NCBI GenBank assembly: GCA_048528725.1
Contig: DBGFLF010000111.1
Location: forward strand, 1-33,587
Source: Collinsella sp.
GTDB taxonomy: Bacteria; Actinomycetota; Coriobacteriia; Coriobacteriales; Coriobacteriaceae
DNA length: 33,587 nt
Reading direction: 5' to 3'
Shown here piece by piece: positions 9,434 to 18,212 of the stretch (position 1 is its first letter; every line of letters begins with the position of its first letter). Made by a program: the position numbers and the translations under genes. Below the pieces are notes generated by a model. That model had not been told where the DNA came from. It saw only the letters and a program-made list of their open reading frames with translations, and did not search any database.

Positions 9434-9482
9434 GGTTTAATTCAATATGATTTCGCCATCGCCACACTCGTCCCGGGAACGC

Positions 9483-9488
9483 TACAAT
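9483..9488 (+). promoter_or_regulatory. Putative -10 box of the luxR gene
   Basis: TACAAT ~40 bp upstream of the TTG start; no convincing -35. Confidence 0.35.
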
Positions 9489-9525
9489 CGAGGACACGAT
9501 TATTCGTCCACCCAAAGGACCGTCC

Positions 9526-10929
9526 TTGAACCTGAGCAGGCCTAAAATCAACGCGCTTCTGGCACTCGCGCTCTTCACCTTCGCCTTCCTTGCCGCCGAG
9601 TTTCGTTTTGACGTCAACGTCGGGCTGCTCGCCGGTGCCGAACGCGTTGTAATCGCACAGGGCTTTATTCTGGGTGCGAGCGTGCTCGGCTTTATCGGAT
9701 ATGCACCACTGCTCGGTCTCGCCCAACGCAAAGGCCAGCCCCAGGCAGTTGTCAGCGCCGCCGTTCCCATCGCCATCCTGGGATTGACCCAGATCCAGTC
9801 CCCCACGGGTTCGCTTGCCCTCGAGATTCTGGGCTGCCTCGCATTCCTCGGACTCGGCCTGCTGGGCGCCGCTGCGCACCACGCCTTTTCACTGGCGTTT
9901 CAAGACGATCCCAAGCTCGCCACCGGTGCGGGAGCAGCCTATGCCGCGGGCATCCTGATGCAGTTCGCCGTCAACCTGCTCAATTGCGGCGGTATCGCAG
10001 AGCTCATCGTCCTTGGCGCAGCGACTATCGCCATATCCGCCCTCAGCGTCGTTCCCCAAAAAGCTGCCGAGAGCTCCAGCCCCGCCATCAATCCCTTTGC
10101 TGAGTCCTCTCATGCCCTCGCCAAGCAGGCATGCTGGAGCATCGCGCTCGTCATGATTCTTGCCTGTCTGTTCTCCACCCTCGACAACGTGGTCACACTC
10201 TCCAACGCCCACGGCACCATTGCCGTGCAGACTTGGCCGCGCCTCTTTTTGGCGGCAAGCGGCCTTGCCGCCGGTCTTATCTTTGACCTTGCCGAGCGCC
10301 GCTACATGGGACTTGTCATGCTCGGCATCGCCGTGCTCTCGACCATTTCCATCCTGGCCGTGGAGGCCGGCGCCGATCCCAACCTAGGCCTTGTCGTCTT
10401 TTACCTGAGCTCGGGCTTTTTCGTCACGTTCTTTACCGCCACCTTTACACAGCTGGCACCGCACATGCATGCGCCCGCCCTTTGGGCTGGCATGGGCCGC
10501 GCCGCCAACAATGTATGCGCTTTCACCACATCGGGCATCTCGCTTGCTCTCGTGACCTCGGATAACGTTGCCCTCATTATGATCGGTGCGCTCGTTTTGC
10601 TCGTCGCCGCCTGCGCGGCGTTTGTAGCCGCGGGCCTGTTCCGCCTGCCCCAAACCGAGCGGGAGCGCGAGCGCGAGCAGCTGGCAGAAGAAGCACTCGC
10701 CGCCCCCACCATCGAGGAGCAACGCCAGGCCTTCATCGCCAACCACGCTCTCACCCCGCGCGAAGTCGACGTGCTCATAGCCGTGACCCAGGATGAACGC
10801 CCGCTCAAGCAGGTTGCCGAGGAACTCGGTATCTCGATGCGCATGGTACAGCGCCACCTGAGCTCCATCTACCAAAAGACCGACACGCAGACGCGCGCCG
10901 GTCTCACCAAGGCCTTCCCCTCGGCCTAA
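9526..10929 (+). CDS. Multi-pass transmembrane (MFS-like N-terminus) LuxR-family one-component regulator
   Basis: About 12 hydrophobic segments followed by a LuxR HTH (LTPREVDVL...QVAEELGISMRMVQRHLSSIYQK); TTG start after AAAGGA. Confidence 0.9.
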   Translation: MNLSRPKINALLALALFTFAFLAAEFRFDVNVGLLAGAERVVIAQGFILGASVLGFIGYAPLLGLAQRKGQPQAVVSAAVPIAILGLTQIQSPTGSLALEILGCLAFLGLGLLGAAAHHAFSLAFQDDPKLATGAGAAYAAGILMQFAVNLLNCGGIAELIVLGAATIAISALSVVPQKAAESSSPAINPFAESSHALAKQACWSIALVMILACLFSTLDNVVTLSNAHGTIAVQTWPRLFLAASGLAAGLIFDLAERRYMGLVMLGIAVLSTISILAVEAGADPNLGLVVFYLSSGFFVTFFTATFTQLAPHMHAPALWAGMGRAANNVCAFTTSGISLALVTSDNVALIMIGALVLLVAACAAFVAAGLFRLPQTEREREREQLAEEALAAPTIEEQRQAFIANHALTPREVDVLIAVTQDERPLKQVAEELGISMRMVQRHLSSIYQKTDTQTRAGLTKAFPSA

Positions 10930-10935
10930 AACAAA

Positions 10936-10972
10936 AACCACCGCAAAGGTGCTTGTCCCCTTTGTGGTGGTT
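10936..10972. repeat. GGGACAG-family hairpin between convergent genes; may act as a terminator
   Basis: AACCACCGCAAAGG-TGCTTGTCC-CCTTTGTGGTGGTT. Confidence 0.8.
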
Positions 10973-10981
10973 ATTGATCGG

Positions 10982-11605
10982 CTAGCCTTCGAGCTGCGCC
11001 ACCTTGTAGCGGTAGGCTGCGGCGATGACGTCCTTGCAGCCTTCGCGGCCCAGCTTGGCGCGGTTGACGACGATGTCTTTACCGCTCGTCATCTTCCACT
11101 TGCCGGCGCTATAGCGCTTATAGAACGCCTCGCGCGCCTTCTGCTGCTGTTTGACCAGCTTGGCGCCCTTCTTTTTGTTAAGGCCACGCTTCTTGCGCAC
11201 AATCTCGACGCGGTCCTCAAAGGGTGCGGTCACCAACACGGCAATGTGGTTGGGGTTGTTGCGCAGCAGGTAATCGGACAGACGGCCTTCGATAATGCAG
11301 CTCTCGGTCTCGCCCAGATCCAAAATCACCTGGCTCATCTTTTGGAACAACTTGTCCGAGTACGAACGGGCATCGTAGCGGTCGGGCAGAAACGCCATGT
11401 TCTCCACGGCCAGGCGCTCGTCGTAGGCAGCCATCTTGTCGAGCGACTCGCCCGCGCGCAGCGACGCACGCACCAGCAGCTCGTTATCGTACAGCGGAAT
11501 CCCCAACTCGTCGGCAAGCATGCGACCAATCTCGTGGCCCTCGGCGCCAAAGTCGCGCGCGATGGTAATGGCCACAGGATTCTTCTTATTCTCCAGATCG
11601 CTCAT
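10982..11605 (-). CDS. Cytidylate kinase-like family protein
   Basis: ITIARDFGAEGHEIGRMLADELGIPLYD; CIIEGRLSDY; start MSDLE after AGAAAGGA. Confidence 0.85.
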   Translation of the reverse strand: MSDLENKKNPVAITIARDFGAEGHEIGRMLADELGIPLYDNELLVRASLRAGESLDKMAAYDERLAVENMAFLPDRYDARSYSDKLFQKMSQVILDLGETESCIIEGRLSDYLLRNNPNHIAVLVTAPFEDRVEIVRKKRGLNKKKGAKLVKQQQKAREAFYKRYSAGKWKMTSGKDIVVNRAKLGREGCKDVIAAAYRYKVAQLEG

Positions 11606-11621
11606 CGCGATTCCTTTCTCT

Positions 11622-11652
11622 ATGTGACAAAGGGACAGTCCCTTTGTCACAT
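11622..11652. repeat. Perfect GGGACAG-family palindrome
   Basis: ATGTGACAAAGGGAC-A-GTCCCTTTGTCACAT. Confidence 0.8.
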
Positions 11653-11653
11653 T

Positions 11654-12292
11654 CTACGCTGCCACCATTCGCCTCTGATATGCGCGAACCAGCAACGAGA
11701 TACCAAAGTTGAGCACAAAGTACATCGCAAACACCAGGCCGTAGAGCATAAGCACCTGCGACAGATCGATCGCGTGGGCCATCACGACGTTGGCCGTGTA
11801 CATGAGCTCGGCCACGTTAATGCCCGAAAGATACGAGCTGTCCTTGATGACGGTCGTGCACTGGCTAAACAGCGCCGGAATGATCGTCTTAAACGTCTGG
11901 GGCAGAATGATGTAGCGCATGGTGGCAAAGAAGCCAAAACCCTGGCTCTGCGCTGCCTCAAACTGGCCGCGCGGAATCGAGTTGAGGCCTCCGCGCACAA
12001 TCTCGGCCATAACAGCGCTGGTAAACAGCGTAAAGGCGATGGTCGAAATCACAATGTCCAAACCCTGCACCGTAAAGTAGATAAACAGGATCCACAGCAG
12101 GTTTGGCGTGCAACGGAACAGCTCAATATAGGCACTCACCAAAATACGGAACGAGCGGGGCGCATAGCTTTTAACAAGCGCCAGCACCGTGCCAAAGATG
12201 AGCGAGAAAAAGATTGACAGCGCCGAGATCTCGATCGTCTTAACAAAGCCGCCCCAAATGTAGAGCAGGTTGGTCGCGTTGAAGATTTCCAT
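11654..12292 (-). CDS. Polar amino-acid ABC transporter permease
   Basis: YIELFRCTP; AEIVRGGLNSIPRGQFEAAQSQG (EAA motif). Confidence 0.95.
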   Translation of the reverse strand: MEIFNATNLLYIWGGFVKTIEISALSIFFSLIFGTVLALVKSYAPRSFRILVSAYIELFRCTPNLLWILFIYFTVQGLDIVISTIAFTLFTSAVMAEIVRGGLNSIPRGQFEAAQSQGFGFFATMRYIILPQTFKTIIPALFSQCTTVIKDSSYLSGINVAELMYTANVVMAHAIDLSQVLMLYGLVFAMYFVLNFGISLLVRAYQRRMVAA

Positions 12293-12295
12293 GCG

Positions 12296-13042
12296 CTAGG
12301 CCTCCTCTACGTTGTCGAGCCCCAGCTCGGCCAGGCTCACGCCGCGCGGACGCTCCTTGGAGCGGCGCTCGAGCCACTGCACCAGCATGGCGAGCGGAAA
12401 GCAGATGATGAAGTACATAAGGCAGCAGACGATGTATCCCTGCAGGTAACCGTACAGGCTCACAAAGTTGTCGGAACGGTACATAAGGTCGCCGCCGGCC
12501 ACAAGCGCCAGCACCGACGTGTTCTTGACCAGGTTGAGCGCCTGGTTACACAGCGGCGGCAGAATGATCTTGAATGTCTGGGGCAGCACGATGTACCAGT
12601 ATGCCTGCGCACGGGTGAAGCCCTGGCTCTGGGCCGCCTCCATCTGACCGCGCGGAACCGCCTCGATACCAGTGCGGATGACCTCCGAAATGTAGGCCGC
12701 GTGATACAGGCCCACACCCAAGAAGCCCAGCACGAACGGCGCGATGCGCACCGGCTGGTCGGCACCGGTTATGGCCTGCAAAAACTGCGGACCGGCCATG
12801 TACATAAAGAGCACCTGCACGGGCAACGGGGTGTTCTGGTAAAACTCCACGTACACGCGGCTTATGGCGCGCAGCACGCGCGAACGAGTGGTAGAGAACA
12901 CGCCCAGCAGCGTGCCCAGCACCAGCGACAGCAGCAGGCCGGCAACGACCACCTGCAGCGTCACGCCAAAGCCCTCCCAGAAGGGCCCCATGTTTTGGAA
13001 TGTCGTCGACCAACGGTCGGCGTCAAATAATCCTTCGAGCAT
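12296..13042 (-). CDS. Polar amino-acid ABC transporter permease
   Basis: YVEFYQNTP; SEVIRTGIEAVPRGQMEAAQSQG; start MLEG after AAGGAAGG. Confidence 0.95.
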   Translation of the reverse strand: MLEGLFDADRWSTTFQNMGPFWEGFGVTLQVVVAGLLLSLVLGTLLGVFSTTRSRVLRAISRVYVEFYQNTPLPVQVLFMYMAGPQFLQAITGADQPVRIAPFVLGFLGVGLYHAAYISEVIRTGIEAVPRGQMEAAQSQGFTRAQAYWYIVLPQTFKIILPPLCNQALNLVKNTSVLALVAGGDLMYRSDNFVSLYGYLQGYIVCCLMYFIICFPLAMLVQWLERRSKERPRGVSLAELGLDNVEEA

Positions 13043-13067
13043 TTGATTCCTTCCTTGGACGATGCGC

Positions 13068-13943
13068 CTATACAAGACCCCAGGTCTTGACCTCTTGGTC
13101 GAGCCAGCCGTCGGCCAGGCGATCGCAAATCACCTGATCGACCACGGCCGAAAGGTCGCAGCCCTTCTTGGTCGCCACGCCGTAGCCCTGCTCACCAAAC
13201 TTGACCTCGGGCTGCAGCAGCTCAACGGTCTCGTTCATGTAACCGGCCAGCGTGGAGCGGTCCATGGCAAAGACGTCGATATTGCCGGCGTCGAGCGAAC
13301 TCTTGATGATGGGGTAGCCGCTAAAGGCCCTAAACTCGGGCTTGCAGCTAAAGCCGTTGTCCTTGATCATCTGCTCGATCAGGCCCTGCGTGGTGGCACC
13401 CTGGCTCACGCCAATGACCTTGCCGTCCAGGTCCTCAATCGAGGTAAAGCCCGAACGCTTCTTGACCATGAGTCCCACGTAGTCGGTGCGGTACGGCGTC
13501 GAGAAATCCCAGCTCTTCTTGCGCTCGTCGGTGATGGTGTAGGTCGCCGCGACCACATCGAGCTGGCCGTTATCGATCAGCGGGCCGCGCGTCTTGGGTG
13601 TTACGTCGGTAAACTCGACAAGCTCCTGGGCGCGGGCCTCCTTGTAGCTCACGCCAAAGACGGCAGCGGCGATCTGGTAGCACAAATCGACTTCCATGCC
13701 CTCAAAGCGGCCCTTGGCGGTGTCGTAATAGCCGTAGCCGGGAACATCCTTCTTAACGCCGGCATTCAGATGGCCACGCGACTTGATGGCCGCAAGCTTG
13801 GACCCCCCGTCGGAGCCCTCGCCGCTGGTGGAGTTGCCGCAACCGGTAAACGTGGTCCCCGTCAGCGCGAGCATGCCGGCACCAGCCAGCTGCAAAAAGT
13901 GACGGCGCGACACGGCCGCCCTCGTCATATCCGTCATGTCCAT
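13068..13943 (-). CDS. Amino-acid ABC substrate-binding lipoprotein (Peb1A/GlnH-like; Glu/Asp/Gln likely)
   Basis: GVKKDVPGYG, GMEVDL, TRGPLIDNGQLD, ATYTITDERKK. The N-terminus has SRRHFL and the lipobox FTGC. Exact start Met uncertain. Confidence 0.9.
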   Translation of the reverse strand: MDMTDMTRAAVSRRHFLQLAGAGMLALTGTTFTGCGNSTSGEGSDGGSKLAAIKSRGHLNAGVKKDVPGYGYYDTAKGRFEGMEVDLCYQIAAAVFGVSYKEARAQELVEFTDVTPKTRGPLIDNGQLDVVAATYTITDERKKSWDFSTPYRTDYVGLMVKKRSGFTSIEDLDGKVIGVSQGATTQGLIEQMIKDNGFSCKPEFRAFSGYPIIKSSLDAGNIDVFAMDRSTLAGYMNETVELLQPEVKFGEQGYGVATKKGCDLSAVVDQVICDRLADGWLDQEVKTWGLV

Positions 13944-13951
13944 CACCGCGC

Positions 13952-14683
13952 CTAGTGCAGAATCTTGGACAGGAACTCGCGGCAACGCGGGTTCTCGGGG
14001 TTATCGAAGAAGTGCTCGGGCGTGCCCTCCTCCAGAATGCGGCCGTCCTCCATAAAGATGACGCGGTCGGCCACCTGACGCGCAAAGCCCATCTCGTGCG
14101 TCACGCAGATCATGGTGATGTCCTCCTGCGCGAGCTCGATCATGACGTCCAGAACCTCTTGGACCATCTCGGGGTCGAGTGCCGAGGTCGGCTCGTCAAA
14201 CAGGATGATGGGCTGCTTGGTGCACAGGGCACGGGCGATGGCGATGCGTTGCTGCTGACCGCCCGAGAGGTTCTGCGGATACTCGCCGGCCTTATGAGCC
14301 ATGCCGACGCGCTTGAGCGCGGCAATGGCGATCTCGGTCGCCTCCTCCTTGCTCTTCTTTTGCAGCTTGATGGGCGCTAGCGTCAGGTTGCCGAGCACCG
14401 TCATGTTGGGATACAGGTTGAACTGCTGAAACACCATGGAGCTATACTTGCGAGCCATCTCCAGGTGATTCTTTTTGGTGAGCGGCGTACCGTCGATGAT
14501 GACCTCGCCCGACGTTGGCTCCTCCAGATAATCGACGCAACGGATGAGCGTCGACTTACCCGAGCCGGAAGGCCCGATCATTACGAGCTTCTCGCCGCGC
14601 TTGACGGTGAGATTGATATCTTTGAGCACATGCAGGTCGCCAAAGTACTTGTTGAGATGCTTGATCTCGATCATGTCTGCCAT
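13952..14683 (-). CDS. glnQ: Polar amino-acid ABC transporter ATP-binding protein (GlnQ-like)
   Basis: [31 protein letters not shown]. Confidence 0.9.
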   Translation of the reverse strand: MADMIEIKHLNKYFGDLHVLKDINLTVKRGEKLVMIGPSGSGKSTLIRCVDYLEEPTSGEVIIDGTPLTKKNHLEMARKYSSMVFQQFNLYPNMTVLGNLTLAPIKLQKKSKEEATEIAIAALKRVGMAHKAGEYPQNLSGGQQQRIAIARALCTKQPIILFDEPTSALDPEMVQEVLDVMIELAQEDITMICVTHEMGFARQVADRVIFMEDGRILEEGTPEHFFDNPENPRCREFLSKILH

Positions 14684-14789
14684 GAATGTCCCTTCCCTGC
14701 GTTTACATGAGTTGAACTATTGTACGGAAAGAACCACGTTTCCGCAGCCCACACTACATTCCCGTAAAGAACCCGCAACCTTTAACCCA

Positions 14790-14890
14790 CTCATTGGGGA
14801 CAGACTTAAATGAGTGCCCGCTCATTGGGGACAGACTTAAATGAGTGCCCGCTCATTGGGTACTCATTTAAGTCTGTCCCCAATGAGCAC
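14790..14890. repeat. Tandem plus inverted 31-bp GGGGACAG repeat cluster
   Basis: CTCATTGGGGACAGACTTAAATGAGTGCCCG twice (14790-14851), a partial unit, then an inverted copy at 14861-14890. Confidence 0.95.
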
Positions 14891-14923
14891 CCAACCCCCC
14901 CCTTGTTGAGCACAAGTCAGCGA

Positions 14924-15022
14924 AAACCCGTACACGCGAGCAAGGTGACGTGAAATGAAAGGGCGCAGACCTTATGGTCGCGCCCTTGAAATTGAACGTC
15001 AGATTGCCGCGTGTACGGGTTT
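14924..15022. other. ~100-nt imperfect long hairpin (structured repeat or RNA of unknown type)
   Basis: AAACCCGTACACGCG pairs with CGCGTGTACGGGTTT; inner pairings GCAA/TTGC, TGACGT/ACGTCA, AAGGGCGC/GCGCCCTT and GACC/GGTC. Confidence 0.7.
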
Positions 15023-15035
15023 GCGGCGTCGGGAC

Positions 15036-15063
15036 GTTACGCGGTTTGGTAAAACCGCGTAAC
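15036..15063 (-). terminator. Hairpin immediately after yqeY; possible terminator
   Basis: GTTACGCGGTTT...AAACCGCGTAAC; no clear U-tract on the minus strand. Confidence 0.4.
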
Positions 15064-15066
15064 AAA

Positions 15067-15510
15067 TTACGCGAGCTTTGCGCCGACGATCTTTGCCGCG
15101 GCAGGCTTATCAAAGTTACCGCCGGTGGCCTTGCCGAGTGCTCCCATGACCTGGCCCATCTGCTTCTTGGACGTGGCGCCCAGCTCGGCGATGACCTGCT
15201 CGATCAGAGCCTCGAGCTCCTCGCCCGAAACCTGTGCGGGCAGCAGGCTCTCCAGAATCTTGACCTGCTCGGTCAGGTTGTCGGTACGGTCTTGGTCGGT
15301 ACCGGCCTTAATGGACATCTCCAGCGTCTCGCTCGTCTGCTTGATCAGACGCTTGATCATGCTGTTGACGTCTTCCTCGGTCACATCGCGGCGCTCGTTG
15401 ACCTCGATATTCTTCACCTCGGCCTTAACCTGGCGAATGATGGACAGGCGAACCTTGTCCTTGGCCTTCATGGCCGCGATCATTTCCTTCTGCAGTTCTT
15501 CGTTGGTCAT
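15067..15510 (-). CDS. yqeY: GatB/YqeY domain protein
   Basis: AMKAKDKVRLSIIR, LLPAQ, KQMGQVMG; start MTNEE after AGAGGA. Confidence 0.9.
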   Translation of the reverse strand: MTNEELQKEMIAAMKAKDKVRLSIIRQVKAEVKNIEVNERRDVTEEDVNSMIKRLIKQTSETLEMSIKAGTDQDRTDNLTEQVKILESLLPAQVSGEELEALIEQVIAELGATSKKQMGQVMGALGKATGGNFDKPAAAKIVGAKLA

Positions 15511-15564
15511 CTGCAAATCCTCTCTAATGGCGTGGGCGGAACTCATACGAGCGCCGCCCCATGA

Positions 15565-16785
15565 TTACTCAGTCGTCGACGAATCGTCGGTCGAACTCTT
15601 GGTGACGCCCTTCAGGCTGACGTCGTACGGCACGTCCTTGGGCATGGGGTTAACGGTGATGTCGGCATCCTTCTTGTACTGCTCCAGCCACTCGCTGTAC
15701 GCGGTGCTGGCCGCTTGCGTCTTCACCACATTGGAAACGTACTTCTTGATGGCCTTGGGCACCTGGTTGATGTCATCAACCTGATTATCGACATGGAAGT
15801 AGTCGGTGCACTTGATGATGTGGTAACCATAGGTCGACTCGACGACTTCGCTCACATCGCCCTTGTTGAGCCCCTCGAGCGCCGTCTGGTAGCTGTCGAC
15901 AAAGGTGGTGAGCTTATCCCAGCCCACATCGCCCTTCTTCTCCTTGGAACCGGTGTCCTCGGAGTACTGTTCAACGGCGTCCTCAAAGCTCAGCTCACCG
16001 GAGTTGATCTTGTCCAGGCACTCCTGCGCCTTGGCCTTGGCGGCAGCCTTGTCCTCGTCGGAAGCGTCGGAATCAACCTTGATCAGGATGTTCGACGAGC
16101 GGCGGGCGTCGTTGTAGCTGGACAGGTTTTCGTTGATGTAATCGACGATCTCGCTGTCCTTGGGCTTGCTCGTGGGCGCGACGGCATCCTTGAGTTTCTG
16201 CTGCGCCAGACTCTCCTTGAGCGAATCCTTGTAGGTATCCTCGGTATAGCCGTAGGTCTTGAGGGTCTTCTTAAAGGCCTTGGCACCGCCCGCGCTCTTG
16301 CACGCGTCCTTCCAAGCCTTCTCAACCTCCTCGTCCGACACCGTCACGCCGTTCTCCTTCTGTGCCTGTTGAAGCAGAATCTGCTGCGTGTAGGAGTCGA
16401 TGAGTTGCTTGCGGTACTTCTTGGGCGTGAGGTCGTTGTCGACCAGATACTGCGCCCAGTCCTTGTCCTTGGTGTAGCCGTAGGACGTGCGCATGCTCAT
16501 GATCTGCTTGGTCACGGTGTCCTCGGTGAGGTTGGTGCCGTTGATAGTGGCAGCAACACCGCCGGTCAGCTTGTAGCCCGAGGTGTCCTCGGCCTGCGAC
16601 ATAAGGCCGGAGCACGCCATGGCCGAGACAGAAAGCAGCATTGCCAGCACGCCAATAACCACCAGGACGATCTTGACGGTCTTGGACACGCGGGTCTTGC
16701 GCTGCTTCTTGCGAGAGCTGGAGGCGGCGCGAGCCTGCTGCTCGGGCGTCGGCTCGGGTGCGGGGTTCTTTTTCTTATTTGCCAT
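15565..16785 (-). CDS. prsA: PrsA-like peptidyl-prolyl isomerase (parvulin) foldase, probable lipoprotein
   Basis: TM segment ending SAMAC; VAATING; SFEDAVEQYSEDTGSKEKKGDVGW; VESTYGYHII. Confidence 0.85.
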   Translation of the reverse strand: MANKKKNPAPEPTPEQQARAASSSRKKQRKTRVSKTVKIVLVVIGVLAMLLSVSAMACSGLMSQAEDTSGYKLTGGVAATINGTNLTEDTVTKQIMSMRTSYGYTKDKDWAQYLVDNDLTPKKYRKQLIDSYTQQILLQQAQKENGVTVSDEEVEKAWKDACKSAGGAKAFKKTLKTYGYTEDTYKDSLKESLAQQKLKDAVAPTSKPKDSEIVDYINENLSSYNDARRSSNILIKVDSDASDEDKAAAKAKAQECLDKINSGELSFEDAVEQYSEDTGSKEKKGDVGWDKLTTFVDSYQTALEGLNKGDVSEVVESTYGYHIIKCTDYFHVDNQVDDINQVPKAIKKYVSNVVKTQAASTAYSEWLEQYKKDADITVNPMPKDVPYDVSLKGVTKSSTDDSSTTE

Positions 16786-16852
16786 AGTTGGCCTTTCGCA
16801 TAACGAATCGAACAAACGCCATTGTGTCACAACGCAGCCCCCGCGGCACGCT

Positions 16853-16903
16853 TGGTGCATTGGGGACAGGTTAATCTGCACCATTTTGGTGCAAAGGGGA
16901 CAG
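16853..16903. repeat. Two GGGGACAG motifs with TGGTGCA stems
   Basis: TGGTGCA-TTGGGGACAGGTTAATC-TGCACCA, then TGGTGCAAAGGGGACAG. Confidence 0.7.
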
Positions 16904-16920
16904 CTCTGGCAGCCGGCACC

Positions 16921-17385
16921 TTAGAAGTGACGGCGGATGGCGTCGACCATGCCCTGGGGCGTGATCTGGCCGAGCACGTCGGATGCGGCATCGGCGTCCA
17001 TAAAGATGTTCATGAGCGCCTGCAGGGCCTCGACCTGGCCGCCCGGCTCGGCAATACCCAAATTGATGACGATCTGCGCCGGCACCGGAGCGCCCATGCC
17101 AGCCATAGCGTTAAATGTCACGGGCGCGGCGGGCTTCACCACCGCGATATAGGGCTTGGCCACAAACCCCGGATCGGTATGCGGAATGGCAATGTTTGCC
17201 GCCGGCATGGCAAGACCCGTGGGATAGGCATCCTCGCGCGTGCGAACGGCGTCGAACCAACCGTCGGCAATGTAGCCGCGCGGAGCAAGCTCTCCCTCAA
17301 GCCGCGCGAACACCTCATCCGGCGTCGCACACTCCCAATCAAAAAACACCAGCTCAGGCGTAAACAGCGCTTCGTTATCCGCCAT
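16921..17385 (-). CDS. PTS EIIA component (fructose/mannitol/galactitol-type IIA fold), standalone
   Basis: REDAYPTGL and the IAIPHT phospho-His motif. Confidence 0.9.
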   Translation of the reverse strand: MADNEALFTPELVFFDWECATPDEVFARLEGELAPRGYIADGWFDAVRTREDAYPTGLAMPAANIAIPHTDPGFVAKPYIAVVKPAAPVTFNAMAGMGAPVPAQIVINLGIAEPGGQVEALQALMNIFMDADAASDVLGQITPQGMVDAIRRHF

Positions 17386-17440
17386 GCGCTCACCTCTCTC
17401 ACCTAGTCATTCAAGAACGTCGCAGGTGACTACCCAAAAC

Positions 17441-17478
17441 AAAAGGTGGCCACGCGCGCCTTGGCGCCAATGACCACC
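17441..17478 (-). terminator. Rho-independent terminator after purN
   Basis: Minus strand GGTGGTCA...TGGCCACC followed by TTTTGTTTT. Confidence 0.6.
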
Positions 17479-17510
17479 CTGACTACTCGGCTAAATTGTA
17501 CTGTGCGCCA

Positions 17511-18212
17511 CTAGCCGCGAGGCGCGTCAATTGCGACCTTGCCGCTCTCCAGCACGTGGACGCGGCCGTCGGCGAGCATTTGCACGACCTCGGGATACAG
17601 CACATGCTCAATCGCGTGGATGTGCTCCTCGAGCGTGTCGACATCCCAGCCCTCCTCAACAGCCAGCGCACGCTGGGCGATGATGGGACCGTTGTCGTAG
17701 ACCTCGTTGGCAAAATGCACGGTCACGCCAGTTACCTTGACGCCGCGCGCAAACGCGTCGTCGATCGCATGGGCACCGGTAAAGCTCGGCAGCAGCGCCG
17801 GATGCAAGTTGACCACGCGGTTGGGAAACGCCGCCAGCAGCGGTGTGTGCACCATGCGCATGTAGCCGGCCATGACCACATACTCGCAGCCGCGCTCGAG
17901 CAGCTCGTGCGCGATGATCTCGTCGGCGGCAATAGGGTCGGCATAGACATCCTTGGACAGCGTGAGCGTCTGGATGCCCGCGCGCTCAGCGCGCTGCAAA
18001 CCCTTAGCCGAAGGACGACTCGACACCACAAGCTCAATCGAGGCGTTGAGCTTACCGGCGGCGATCAGATCGATCAGCGCCTGCAGGTTGGTACCCGAAC
18101 CGCTGATGAGCACACCGATCTTAAGCGGCTCGACCATATCGGTGCCGGTCGGACGGGTGTAGGGCACAAAGCCCAGGCCCTCACTAGCAGCCATCTGCTC
18201 GTTAGCGCTCAT
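17511..18212 (-). CDS. purN: Phosphoribosylglycinamide formyltransferase
   Basis: LISGSGTNLQA, MAGYMR, NLHPALLP, TGVTVH, YDNGPII; overlaps the purM stop. Confidence 0.97.
   Translation of the reverse strand: MSANEQMAASEGLGFVPYTRPTGTDMVEPLKIGVLISGSGTNLQALIDLIAAGKLNASIELVVSSRPSAKGLQRAERAGIQTLTLSKDVYADPIAADEIIAHELLERGCEYVVMAGYMRMVHTPLLAAFPNRVVNLHPALLPSFTGAHAIDDAFARGVKVTGVTVHFANEVYDNGPIIAQRALAVEEGWDVDTLEEHIHAIEHVLYPEVVQMLADGRVHVLESGKVAIDAPRG

Noticed and set aside
14895..14902. Poly-C tract as a phase-variation switch
   Set aside because: Intergenic, over 200 bp from the glnQ start, and not between identifiable promoter elements.
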